From Trichomonas gallinae (lineage: Eukaryota): 62,837 nt of DNA. Under the pieces are notes generated by a model. It was not told the DNA's origin. It did not search any database and saw nothing but the letters and a program-made list of their open reading frames with translations. The position numbers and the translations under genes are program-made. Location: assembly GCA_008369845.1 (NCBI GenBank), contig MRSU01006538.1, positions 1 through 62,837 on the forward strand. The letters run 5' to 3'. Below, piece by piece: positions 37,758 to 47,701 of this stretch (its first letter is position 1; the number at the start of each line of letters is the position of its first letter).

Positions 37758-39908
37758 TCATGGAATTAAGCTGAAGTTGAGTGAACGACTATAATCTTTC
37801 AATGATGCATCATCTTCATAAGCATCAACTGTTCTCTCATCTCTTATCATTGAGTTATCATAGCCGCATTGATCAATAAAAACGCGGATTAGCTCCAAAA
37901 AATTGTCACCAATTTTTATTGGAGAATTCAAAAACTCTTCTATCATTTGTTTGAGATTCTCATCATAAAAATATCCAGAAACTGAGCATGATATAAGAAC
38001 TAATGAAACGCAGTATAGGTTTGCATTTCCGACATAGTCAGTCATGACTATGATGAAGTCGTCGACGTCTTCGCTTTCGGCAATTTTTCTCAGCAAACAT
38101 CTTGAAATGAAAGTCGATGCAACGAAATTTGGCTCTTTTTCTAGCACATCTAATGCTGCTTGTATCAATATCATTGAGTTGTTCTGTACATTTTGATTGT
38201 TGAAAGCAAGATTGGCTGAATAAATAATTATTTCTTTGTAATCCTCAAATTTTTCTAATGTTTCTTTGATAAATCCATATTCAAGCAATGCTTTGAGTAT
38301 TTTTGCTGTGGATTCATAATCATTCTCGTTGATATTTAAATCAATATCAGAATTCAAGAACAAATCATGAAACTCGTATACATGGATAAAATTCAAAACA
38401 CAATCTGATAAAATACTAAAGTAATCCTTATCTGGATCGAAATACTCAATGATTTTCGTGAAAATAATTTCTGGATTCTCCAATATTCCATGTTCAACTA
38501 ATTTTGATATCAAACTAAATATTGGAACTATGTCTATTGTCTTATTTTCAATGAATTGCATCAATAATTCAGAGATATCCTCAAAATCGTTTCCTGAATC
38601 CAAATATGAACATAATAATTCAACTGCTGCTCTAATTATTATTGGTGATGAAATATTAAGATTTTGATTAATAATATTCACATAATCAAATTTTTTTTGT
38701 GGATATTTTGTGTGAGATGCATATAATAGTAATGTTAATGCAAAATATATTTCATCGATTTCATAAGATAATAATGAATCTAAAGGTTTGAAAAGTTCTA
38801 AATCAAAAAGCAGAGTTTGTAATAAATTTCGTGCAATGAGAAGAGATTGAGAACAAGGATGACTTGAAATGAAATCTATTGATATTTTTGGAGATTGTAT
38901 TGCTATTTTTGTAAAGAATTCAATAGATATCGAATTATTCAAATTAAATTGAGGATTATTAAGTTCTTTAAAGTAAAATTCTAGGTTTTCTGCTGTGTCA
39001 ATGTCGTCTATTTGAATATGGGATAAAATTTGCTCGAAAATCTGATTTCGAATTTTTTCTTCAAGTTTAAAATCGATTTTATTAAGTGTTGCCACGATTT
39101 TATGCCAGAGTGCAAATGATTCAATAGTTTCATACTGTGTGCAGAGAATTTCTGGCAATACTTGTCGTAATTTTGATTCGAAATTCTCAAAAAAGCCATA
39201 TGAAGCAATTTGAACTGAATTATCTGATTTATCACGCAAACCAAATAATAAAACGCAAAATTCAACAACGTGGTTAAATAGTTTTGCGTTATTTTCTGAA
39301 TCAATTTTTGAATTTAAAATAGAATAAATAACAGGCATGATTTTCGGATTCAATACAAAGCTACTGAGCATATAAACAATATTTGAGCGCAGAATCTTGA
39401 AAATTAATGAAGTAAAATATACATCTTGATTATCTAAGAATTTCGAAGTTAAATTAAAAAATCTCTGCAAGTCTATATTCTTTAAAAAGTATGTTGACGT
39501 TTTCGATAATGAGAAACAAGTGTAAATGATTCTCATGCCTAAATGAACGTGATTAAATGATTCTTCATTTATCAGCGTTTCACCCCAAACATATATGTCA
39601 TCTAGTAATGGCAGTGAGTTAAATTTTAGCAGTAAGAGTCTTAATACTTTTGTATAGATTTTTGGCTGCGTTGGAATATTTTCTTTCAAAAAATCAAGCA
39701 ATTGGAATGTAAGGGCTTGAAATATTGCTTCATTATTGATTTTGTTTATCATTTCAACGAGTGTTTTATGAATAACATGAGATTGAATTCGTTCATTTTC
39801 ATTTTGTTGTAATAATTCAAGAAATATTCCGAAATTTTCTGGTTTACTAGTCATATCTTCATAAAACCTCTTAGCCTTCTTTCTTGTTTCGAAATTTTCC
39901 GAGTTCAA
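37758..39908 (-). CDS. Hypothetical HEAT-repeat (importin-beta/karyopherin-like) protein; start uncertain
   Basis: 716 aa helical ORF whose N-terminus (N.ETRKKA..FYE....P.NFGIFLELL) resembles an importin-beta N-terminal helix. Track start is a TTG; first in-frame ATG at 39854. Confidence 0.5.
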   Translation of the reverse strand: MNSENFETRKKAKRFYEDMTSKPENFGIFLELLQQNENERIQSHVIHKTLVEMINKINNEAIFQALTFQLLDFLKENIPTQPKIYTKVLRLLLLKFNSLPLLDDIYVWGETLINEESFNHVHLGMRIIYTCFSLSKTSTYFLKNIDLQRFFNLTSKFLDNQDVYFTSLIFKILRSNIVYMLSSFVLNPKIMPVIYSILNSKIDSENNAKLFNHVVEFCVLLFGLRDKSDNSVQIASYGFFENFESKLRQVLPEILCTQYETIESFALWHKIVATLNKIDFKLEEKIRNQIFEQILSHIQIDDIDTAENLEFYFKELNNPQFNLNNSISIEFFTKIAIQSPKISIDFISSHPCSQSLLIARNLLQTLLFDLELFKPLDSLLSYEIDEIYFALTLLLYASHTKYPQKKFDYVNIINQNLNISSPIIIRAAVELLCSYLDSGNDFEDISELLMQFIENKTIDIVPIFSLISKLVEHGILENPEIIFTKIIEYFDPDKDYFSILSDCVLNFIHVYEFHDLFLNSDIDLNINENDYESTAKILKALLEYGFIKETLEKFEDYKEIIIYSANLAFNNQNVQNNSMILIQAALDVLEKEPNFVASTFISRCLLRKIAESEDVDDFIIVMTDYVGNANLYCVSLVLISCSVSGYFYDENLKQMIEEFLNSPIKIGDNFLELIRVFIDQCGYDNSMIRDERTVDAYEDDASLKDYSRSLNFSLIP

Positions 39909-39947
39909 ATCATAATAAACATCGAAAAAACATTTTTTTTAATAAAT

Positions 39948-40184
39948 AATGGGCCTAACAAAAATCAAAAGGGGTTTTAATAAAAATAGGGTCTAACAAA
40001 AATAAACAAGGGGATTTATCTATTTTTGGTAATTTTTACCTAAAGTAAGGATGTCACTTTGGAAGAACCTTAGGAAAATAAACGCCTTAAAACTCAGAGT
40101 CTTTCCTAACCTGATATAATAAACTGCCCTAAATAAAATAGGGTCTAGCAAAAATAAGCAAGGGTTTGAAGAAATAATAGGGTC
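39948..40184 (+). repeat. Degenerate direct repeats of about 30 bp (AATAGGGTCTAACAAAAATAA.CAAGGG) in a divergent intergenic region
   Basis: Copies near 39948, 39984 and 40136, plus a partial one near 40175. Confidence 0.65.
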
Positions 40185-40244
40185 TGATTTTATTAATCAG
40201 GGGGTATTAAAAGTGACAATAATTTTCAAAAAAGTGACAAAATA

Positions 40245-42038
40245 ATGAGAAATTCTGTTCAAAGAAAGATCAATGATTTAACGAAATTAACTAGTGATCC
40301 TTCTCCAGAACTCATTGAAGCCCTTTCTTCGATCGATGATACAACTTTTAACAGCAATACTGTTGTGCGAACATTATTGGAAGAAAAAGAAATCAGCGAG
40401 TTAAACAAATTCATTCAGGATTTCTCACAGCTAACATCTACAATAGATAGAGTATTCAAAACGATTGATATGCTTGATAAATCATGCGATTTGATGCTAA
40501 ATAAACTTTCTATTGGTCAAAAAGGAGTCGATGAGGTTTTGGATATGACAACATCTCTATATACACAACAAGAAAAACAAAGAAATCAATTAGGAAAAAT
40601 TCATTCTTTTATTGAGCAATATTATTTACCAGAAGAAGATTTTGCTGCGCTAGAGCGTGGTGATATCAATGATCAGTTTTTCGATGCATTTGCTCACCTT
40701 GAAGCATCACATGAAAGAACAACAAATGCAATTCAAACATACAAATCTCGTAGTCTTACAGATGCACTGACTGCGCTTAATACAGCGAAAGAGCGTGCTT
40801 ATGGACGCATTCATGGATGGTTCCATGCTAATAGTCACATATTTAACAGAATGCACCCAACAGTTCCATCCAATTTCAACAAATGCCTCGCCATCATCAA
40901 GTCTAAGCCCATCCTCTACGGTTTCGTGTCTAGCGAAATCGGCCAAGTAAGAAGCAGCGTAATTGGCCCATCTTTCTTAAATGCGCTGACTTCGCCATCA
41001 GCAGAAAGCCGCGCTCTCGAAGAAATCGCTACAATAGATCCACTAACGTTCACTAGTGATGTTTTCGCATGGATTCATCAAGCAACTGCGACAGAGGCTG
41101 CTTTTCTTGCAGGTGTTTTGAAGGAAGAACAAAATTCGTCAACAATACAAAAAACTCTTAGCGACGCTTTCGAGTCAGTTTGCAGGCCGCTTGAGAGCCG
41201 CATCACGCAGGCAATTCGCGGGCTCGTTAGGCCATCGGACAGCTATCAAATGGCTAATATCATCTCTTTCTATCATTCGACATTTTCTGATATTTGCGGT
41301 ATAACTTCTCCGCTGGCAAAAACGACTAAATCTCTTTGTGACATTTCGGCCGAAGTCTTCCGCCAGGCGATAGCTGAGAGCAGTGATGTCATCAAGGGAA
41401 GCAGTAGGCCTTCGCAGAGCGCGTTCCAAGAAGCAATGAAAGTTGTCCGCGAAGTTACATCACTTCATTCAAAGTCATCTCTTTCTGTCACTTTTGATGT
41501 CGCATCACTTATCGATGGATATGCTGAAGACTTGCATCAAGCTGTTGTTTCCAGCAAAGAGACTTTACCTTTCCAGGCAACTCTCCTCTACGAATTATCA
41601 AAGATTGCGACAGCGGCTTCCCTTAAATCATCTAAAAGTGTCAGTGATGATGTTTCTAGACTATTAGGGCAAATTGTCACTGTTGAAGCATCTGAATTCT
41701 TCAGGCGCTGCAGAGTGTCGGAAATCATCTCTCTGTTCATCAAACCTAATGATAAGCCACTGTCAACTGTTTCTGGATGCGAAGAGAATCTCCTACATGC
41801 AGCTGTCAAGAGATTCGAAAATGCATTAGTGAACTCCGGAAATTTAGTTACGCCGTTATGCGAAGAAATAGGAAACAAAGATCTGAAAAAGATAGCAAGA
41901 GATGAAGTCGCGAAACAACTTGTTACCGCTTACGAATTACTGTTTAATAAAGCCATGGATGCAAAGAATGGATATGCTAGCCCTGGTTCAATATTTAAAT
42001 ACTCGCCTGAGCACATCAACGATATGATTTCTGTTTAA
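40245..42038 (+). CDS. COG6: Conserved oligomeric Golgi complex subunit 6
   Basis: DPLTFTSDVFAWIHQATATE and VCRPLESRITQ...ANIISFY match COG6 DPLRYVGDMLAWLHQA.ASE and VCRPLK.R.EQ...NLL.FY. Confidence 0.85.
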   Translation: MRNSVQRKINDLTKLTSDPSPELIEALSSIDDTTFNSNTVVRTLLEEKEISELNKFIQDFSQLTSTIDRVFKTIDMLDKSCDLMLNKLSIGQKGVDEVLDMTTSLYTQQEKQRNQLGKIHSFIEQYYLPEEDFAALERGDINDQFFDAFAHLEASHERTTNAIQTYKSRSLTDALTALNTAKERAYGRIHGWFHANSHIFNRMHPTVPSNFNKCLAIIKSKPILYGFVSSEIGQVRSSVIGPSFLNALTSPSAESRALEEIATIDPLTFTSDVFAWIHQATATEAAFLAGVLKEEQNSSTIQKTLSDAFESVCRPLESRITQAIRGLVRPSDSYQMANIISFYHSTFSDICGITSPLAKTTKSLCDISAEVFRQAIAESSDVIKGSSRPSQSAFQEAMKVVREVTSLHSKSSLSVTFDVASLIDGYAEDLHQAVVSSKETLPFQATLLYELSKIATAASLKSSKSVSDDVSRLLGQIVTVEASEFFRRCRVSEIISLFIKPNDKPLSTVSGCEENLLHAAVKRFENALVNSGNLVTPLCEEIGNKDLKKIARDEVAKQLVTAYELLFNKAMDAKNGYASPGSIFKYSPEHINDMISV

Positions 42039-42195
42039 TTAAAATAAATGTTGTGTTTTTTTATTTAAAATTCAATTATTTTTTTACTTATTTGGTGGAT
42101 TTTAAAAGTGTGAGTTTTCATTTTATCAAAAAGATGAAATCTTTCAAAAATCATAATATCAATAGCTGCAAATCAGATAAATCTTCACACCCTCA

Positions 42196-42945
42196 ATGAT
42201 TCAATACCATGTAGTTAATAAAAAAAATCAAGATTCGACAAAATTTATTGTATTTTCAATTGTCATCGTGGCGGAAAACGATATCATGAAATATGCAATA
42301 AAATTGGGATTCTGCAATGTTAAAAGCATAAATGGCAGGAATTCCACTTTCGATTTTTCATGTCGAGAACGTAATTTTCGGCTTATCCGTTTCATCATTG
42401 AATTTGGGGTGAAATGCAATGATATAACATTCAATGATTTGGATCTTTTCAGGTTGATTCTCAAAATACCAAGATTTGAGCTTCATGAAGCTTTAATTTG
42501 GGCTTCAAAAAAAGGTCATCATAGAATTATCAAACTTCACCTTTCAGTGCCTGGAATAGATGTCAATGCAAAAGACAAGGTCAAGAAAACAGCTTTGATT
42601 TGGACTTATGACATAGGACAGCATGAAGCTGTCAAACTGCTTCTCATGGTGCCTGGATTAGATATCAAAGCAAGAGATTATTACAATAATACAGCTTTGA
42701 TTTGGGCTTCAATGCGTGATCATCATTATCAAACTTCTCCTGTCAATTCGTGGAATAGATCTAGTTGCAAAATACATAGGCAACGAAACAGCTTTGATTT
42801 TGGCTTCACGAATGAGTTATCATGAAGCTATCAAACTCCTTCTGATAGTTCCGGGAATAGATGTCAACGCAAAAGATTATTTGAACAATACAGCAATGGA
42901 ATGTGCATGGCAACAAAGTATTTAGGAGGATGTTAAACTTTTTGT
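42196..42945 (+). pseudogene. Ankyrin-repeat pseudogene
   Basis: TALIWAS..GH..IIKLLL.VPGIDVNAKD repeats continue across a frameshift near 42726 (ORFs 42196-42825 and 42716-42925) and through an in-repeat TAG at 42923 (SI*EDVKLF). Confidence 0.8.
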
Positions 42946-43419
42946 GTATAACATGATGTTTGTTTTTTGCAATATTTTGGTTTAATGAGGTACTCGTATT
43001 GAGAATTAAGGATGCCATTACTTTCCATAGGTATGTTGCAAAATTAGAGTATATAACATAAGAAATCATTTTAAAAAGTCGTGGTGGATTGTATCATTAA
43101 ACACAAAAATTAACTTATAAATTTGACATTAACATTTTACAAAGTGAGATTTCCAAAAAGTGACAAAATCTGTTGATAAGGTTATGTTTGATAATTGGCA
43201 GTTCCCCTTGTTAATTTTGGTGTCGCCCCTGAAATTTTGGGCACACAGTTCATATCAAAATTGTGCGAGATTCCGAGCCACTATGATGCATGAAACACAA
43301 ATATCGTAACAGTTTTTCATTTCTTTTTTCCGCTATTAAATGTCACTTTTTTGAAAATTTTAGAAATCACGAATTCTTCTAAAAGTACTGGCATAACTCG
43401 ACCCTTAGGGAAATCGAAA

Positions 43420-46400
43420 ATGTCAGACAACAATATCCCGTTTGCAAGAATTCAACCAAATCAAATACAGCTTGATCCGAGCTCTGTTAATAGATCAATA
43501 AAAAACGTTTTTACTCACCAAAACGCGGTGATTGATAAGCTTATTGCAGAAAGAGACGAGCTACTGTATAGAACGCAAATCCTCGAAGAGAGAATCACAA
43601 GCTCACTGCAAATGATTTCTGTGCAAAAAACGAGAATTTCGAATTTATCAGAGCTAGTCTCTAGGCTTTCATCTGTGGAGCCATCTGACAATAACAACTA
43701 CATGCCGACGTACATTCCGACGCCAGCTCAACAAGATCGATTGATTGTTGATCAATTATTGAAAATTGATCAGTCACAATATCCGGTTTACTTGGCACAG
43801 AATCCATTTCCATTGAAGTATTTGGTATCCACCACTGAAAATGGTGCAGAAAGATTGAAAAATATTCTTCATTCAATTCCATCGAAACTGGCTGTGGAAT
43901 ATGCAAGTGCGACATTCGCTCAGATATTTAGGACGTCATCAATCACAGAACTCGTACAAACATTAAGGAAGTCGATACATAATCGACATTTCCTGCATAC
44001 AATCGAAAACTTCGCATGTACACTCTTTAATGCTGGTTCTTGTCGCCTATTCACCCTCCAACCTCAGCAAAATCAAATGGTTTCATTTATCGATAATGAT
44101 TCTTTCACTCTACAAGTCCCTCTCGGTCGTGGCATAGTTGGTTGTTGCGCAAAAGGTGGAAAAGTTGTTGTTCTGCAGTCAACAAAGGATTCTTCATCAT
44201 ATGATCCAGAAATTGATGATTACTTCAATATTGGAGACAATGCTGCTATGCTTATCCCAATTTTTGACTCATCATCAAACTTTGTTATCTCAGTTCTTCT
44301 CGTTCATACTCCAAAGGTCGGATCTTTCTTTTCACCTGAAGATCTTGAGATTGGTCTCATTCTTTCAACGCAAATCTCTCCATTCCTTACTTCTTATGTT
44401 GAACATATGGAGAAAAATGATGACCGTGTTGTTCGTCAGGAAATTGCCCATGGAGTCAATATATTACTTGGCAAAAACACATTGGAAGAGCTTCTACCTG
44501 CAATTCTAAGTGTAGTACAGCACGCTGTTTCAACTAATGATGCCGAATTGTACATGTACGACAGTGATCAGAAAATGTTGTATGTTTTTGAGCAGCAAAT
44601 CGCAGCAGACGGCTCAACATTCTTTGCTAGGAAGTATTTCAAGTCAACATCAGGCGTTCCAATGCATGTAATCCAAACATTGCAAGTTTTGAATTTTTCG
44701 AGATTGAGTCCAGAAAAGTGCGAATATTTCTCAAAAGAATTCGATCTGCCAGCTCTCGGACAGTCAATCATTGCTGTCCCTGTTTTCGGCATCGACAAGA
44801 AGCCAATCGCAGTGCTTACAGCCTACGGAAAGCGAGGCGCGAACATGTTCAGCAGCGTCGATGTTTCGAGCCTCCAGCAAATCGCAGTACAAATTGGTGT
44901 GAATATTACAAACATTTTGACAGCTCAGGCCGTTCAGACTGAAAAATCGAAGGCGTCTGCTGTCACAGGCAACTTCGAGAAGCCAATGAAAGCGATCATA
45001 TCGGCTATGGCGTCAAAGAGCCCTCAACAGAAGAAATACCAAGTCTGCGAAGTCGTGGCAAAAGAAATTGCACACGCTGTCAACTGCGATTTAGTCGCAA
45101 TATGGGACGTCGACGCCAACAACAAGATCAAGCAGCAGTTTATACTTAAATCCACGAATCCTTTCGGACAAACAGTCAGTGTCCCGCCTCTTGTGCAGAA
45201 AGCTGTCAAAGACAAACAAACGATAGAATACAGCGTCGCAAGTGAACTGCGAAGCATGCTCGGTACTTTTGATGAAGAAACAAACTACAAGTCTTATTCG
45301 AACATTACTCATCCATGCGTTTCAAGCGAAGTAGAGGACTGCAGGTGGGTCATTATGTGCGAGAATTCACTCAATGCTCAAGGAAGATTCACAGAACACG
45401 ACATGCAATTAATTTCTGATTTTTCATTGTTTTTGACGCATTTCGGAGATTTGACGAATATGCTCGGTGCTCTTGATAAATCAGCGAGAATCTCTCAGAT
45501 ACACAAAGCTCTCTTCGAGAAGTTAATTCCAACATCACCGGACATGACAGACAGATTATTAACAGAACTCTCAGCTCAATTGAATGCAAACGATTATGCT
45601 TTGTATCACATCGATAATGTATCAGAACAACTTTCTCTTATTGCTGCTGCTCCTAACTCACTAGCATCTAAGAACGCGCAGCTTTCTCAAGGCTTAGTAG
45701 GACAAGTAGCAACCAATGGAAATACAGTGAATACAACGGCACTGTCTAAGAACGATGTTTACAATGCTGCGATTGATTCATTGGGAAGAAATCCAGAAAA
45801 CGCGTTGATTGTTAAGATATCCGACGATTTAGTTTTAGAGCTGACAGGTGAAAACGCTTTCACTGCTCTCGACGAACAAGCAACTGTTGAGTCGAAGTAT
45901 TTAATCGAACAGGCAGTAGATATAACGAAGAATCTCGGTGAAGCAAAAAGCAGTGCTGTTGGCGGAGGTGTGTCCACAGAAGAAAGAGCTTTATTAATGA
46001 GCAAAGCGTCAGCACCGACAAGGTCAGATGTCGAAGAATACAGCGACAGACTGTTCAACATATTGAGTTACAACGATGATGACAGAATGATAATGATCTT
46101 GAAATTATTCGTTTCACAAGGTGTCATAAGAAAGCTACAAGTTCCTTTCCAAAAGTTAACTCAGTTTATCTGCTCTCTCAGGTCTTGCTACAACGAGACT
46201 CCCTACCACAACTGGACACACGCATGTGATGTCATGCAATTCGTGTTCAGCTGCATCATTCGCGGCCACCTGAGGCAGTTTTTGAATGATCTTGAAATCT
46301 TTGCTTTACTTTTGGCAGCAATTTGCCATGATGTTGATCATCACGGCTTAAACAACGCATTCCATAAGAAAGCACGCACTCCACTAGGCATTTTGTATGA

Positions 46401-46971
46401 GGACAAACCTGTCATGGAGATGCACCACTGTGCAACAGCTATCAGACTTTTAGCTATGCCAGAACATGACATTCTCGAAGGAATTGATTCTTATGCAGAT
46501 AAATGCCACTTCTATGAGTTTTTCATTAAGATTATATTGGCCACAGACATGGAGAAGCACATGCAGTACATCAAAGACTTCGAGGAAGTCACCAAAGAAT
46601 TCGACAAGAGAAACGAGAAGCACAGACTTCTTCTCGCTCAAATTATTATCAAAGCAGGTGACTTGTCAAATACAACACGTGCATTTGACACTGCTGCTGC
46701 TATGGCACAAAACTTGCTCGATGAGTTCTTCAAGCAAGGTGATTTAGAACTCAAGCTTGGTGTCGAAGTCACTCCAATGTGCGACAGAACAAAAGCACAG
46801 CATATCTCTGTCTCACAAGTTGGTTTCTATGGATTCTGCGCAAGTCCACTGCTCACAGCTCTCGGAAAGTTCATTACTTCTCTGGCAGATAACACAGAGC
46901 AGCTCGAGAAGAACAAGAGAGTCTGGGAACAACAGAAGATTGCATGGGAACAATCAAACCAACAAAAATAA
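43420..46971 (+). CDS. Class I 3',5'-cyclic nucleotide phosphodiesterase with an N-terminal coiled coil and several GAF domains
   Basis: PYHNWTHACDV, AAICHDVDHHGLNN, EMHH, ILATDM, IIKAGDLSN, EFFKQGD, QVGF. GAF motifs GIVG..A, YDPEID, LIPI. ATG at 43420 downstream of GTCACTTT at 43342. Confidence 0.95.
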   Translation: MSDNNIPFARIQPNQIQLDPSSVNRSIKNVFTHQNAVIDKLIAERDELLYRTQILEERITSSLQMISVQKTRISNLSELVSRLSSVEPSDNNNYMPTYIPTPAQQDRLIVDQLLKIDQSQYPVYLAQNPFPLKYLVSTTENGAERLKNILHSIPSKLAVEYASATFAQIFRTSSITELVQTLRKSIHNRHFLHTIENFACTLFNAGSCRLFTLQPQQNQMVSFIDNDSFTLQVPLGRGIVGCCAKGGKVVVLQSTKDSSSYDPEIDDYFNIGDNAAMLIPIFDSSSNFVISVLLVHTPKVGSFFSPEDLEIGLILSTQISPFLTSYVEHMEKNDDRVVRQEIAHGVNILLGKNTLEELLPAILSVVQHAVSTNDAELYMYDSDQKMLYVFEQQIAADGSTFFARKYFKSTSGVPMHVIQTLQVLNFSRLSPEKCEYFSKEFDLPALGQSIIAVPVFGIDKKPIAVLTAYGKRGANMFSSVDVSSLQQIAVQIGVNITNILTAQAVQTEKSKASAVTGNFEKPMKAIISAMASKSPQQKKYQVCEVVAKEIAHAVNCDLVAIWDVDANNKIKQQFILKSTNPFGQTVSVPPLVQKAVKDKQTIEYSVASELRSMLGTFDEETNYKSYSNITHPCVSSEVEDCRWVIMCENSLNAQGRFTEHDMQLISDFSLFLTHFGDLTNMLGALDKSARISQIHKALFEKLIPTSPDMTDRLLTELSAQLNANDYALYHIDNVSEQLSLIAAAPNSLASKNAQLSQGLVGQVATNGNTVNTTALSKNDVYNAAIDSLGRNPENALIVKISDDLVLELTGENAFTALDEQATVESKYLIEQAVDITKNLGEAKSSAVGGGVSTEERALLMSKASAPTRSDVEEYSDRLFNILSYNDDDRMIMILKLFVSQGVIRKLQVPFQKLTQFICSLRSCYNETPYHNWTHACDVMQFVFSCIIRGHLRQFLNDLEIFALLLAAICHDVDHHGLNNAFHKKARTPLGILYEDKPVMEMHHCATAIRLLAMPEHDILEGIDSYADKCHFYEFFIKIILATDMEKHMQYIKDFEEVTKEFDKRNEKHRLLLAQIIIKAGDLSNTTRAFDTAAAMAQNLLDEFFKQGDLELKLGVEVTPMCDRTKAQHISVSQVGFYGFCASPLLTALGKFITSLADNTEQLEKNKRVWEQQKIAWEQSNQQK

Positions 46972-47701
46972 TTTTATATTATTTATTTGCTAAATGTTTT
47001 ATTTTTAGAAAAAAAATGTCACTTTTTAGACCAATGAAATCTGGAACAATTATGAAATCACAACTTAATTTATTATAGGAACAAGTTACAACTTTCGTTC
47101 AAGCATATTATTAAAGAGTATCTTCCTCACTATCTAAGACATGTACCAATATTTACTCATTTATCATAGTACAGTTGAAAATAAGTGAATTCGATTTACA
47201 AAAAAAAAAAAAAAAAACTTTTATCAATACAAAGATTTTAATTTTAACGCTAGTAATTAATTGATTCTGTTTATGGTAGTATTGCACTGATGAATGCTTC
47301 AATTTTACTAAACATAATTCAAAAATCACAATATTTTATATGAAAACACATCAATTGTTTATGATACTATATATTATGCATTTCTATGTTAATATAAATA
47401 TTTATGTCTTAAAGAATGATGTTTTCATTGAAAAAATATGAAAAATGAGTCAATTCATAATCAATAACTTTATATTCATTTGGAATATAATAATAAAATA
47501 TATGGCTTATATATATTTTTATTATATAATAATGAAAGCAAAATGATAAACTTTTTAAATTTTTGGGTCAAAATTTCAAGTTTTGACTTAAATTTTTGAT
47601 AGAAATAGATGTGTAATAGGCTAAATAAAATAAAAATGAAGTAATTTTAAACAAATTTAATAAAAAGTAATTTTTACATCAAAAAAGTGACATCAGCAAT
47701 A

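Noticed and set aside
47200..47217. Long A run (and T run near 20558) as a retroelement poly(A) tail
   Set aside because: No target-site duplication or retroelement body is visible, and homopolymers are expected in AT-rich intergenic DNA.
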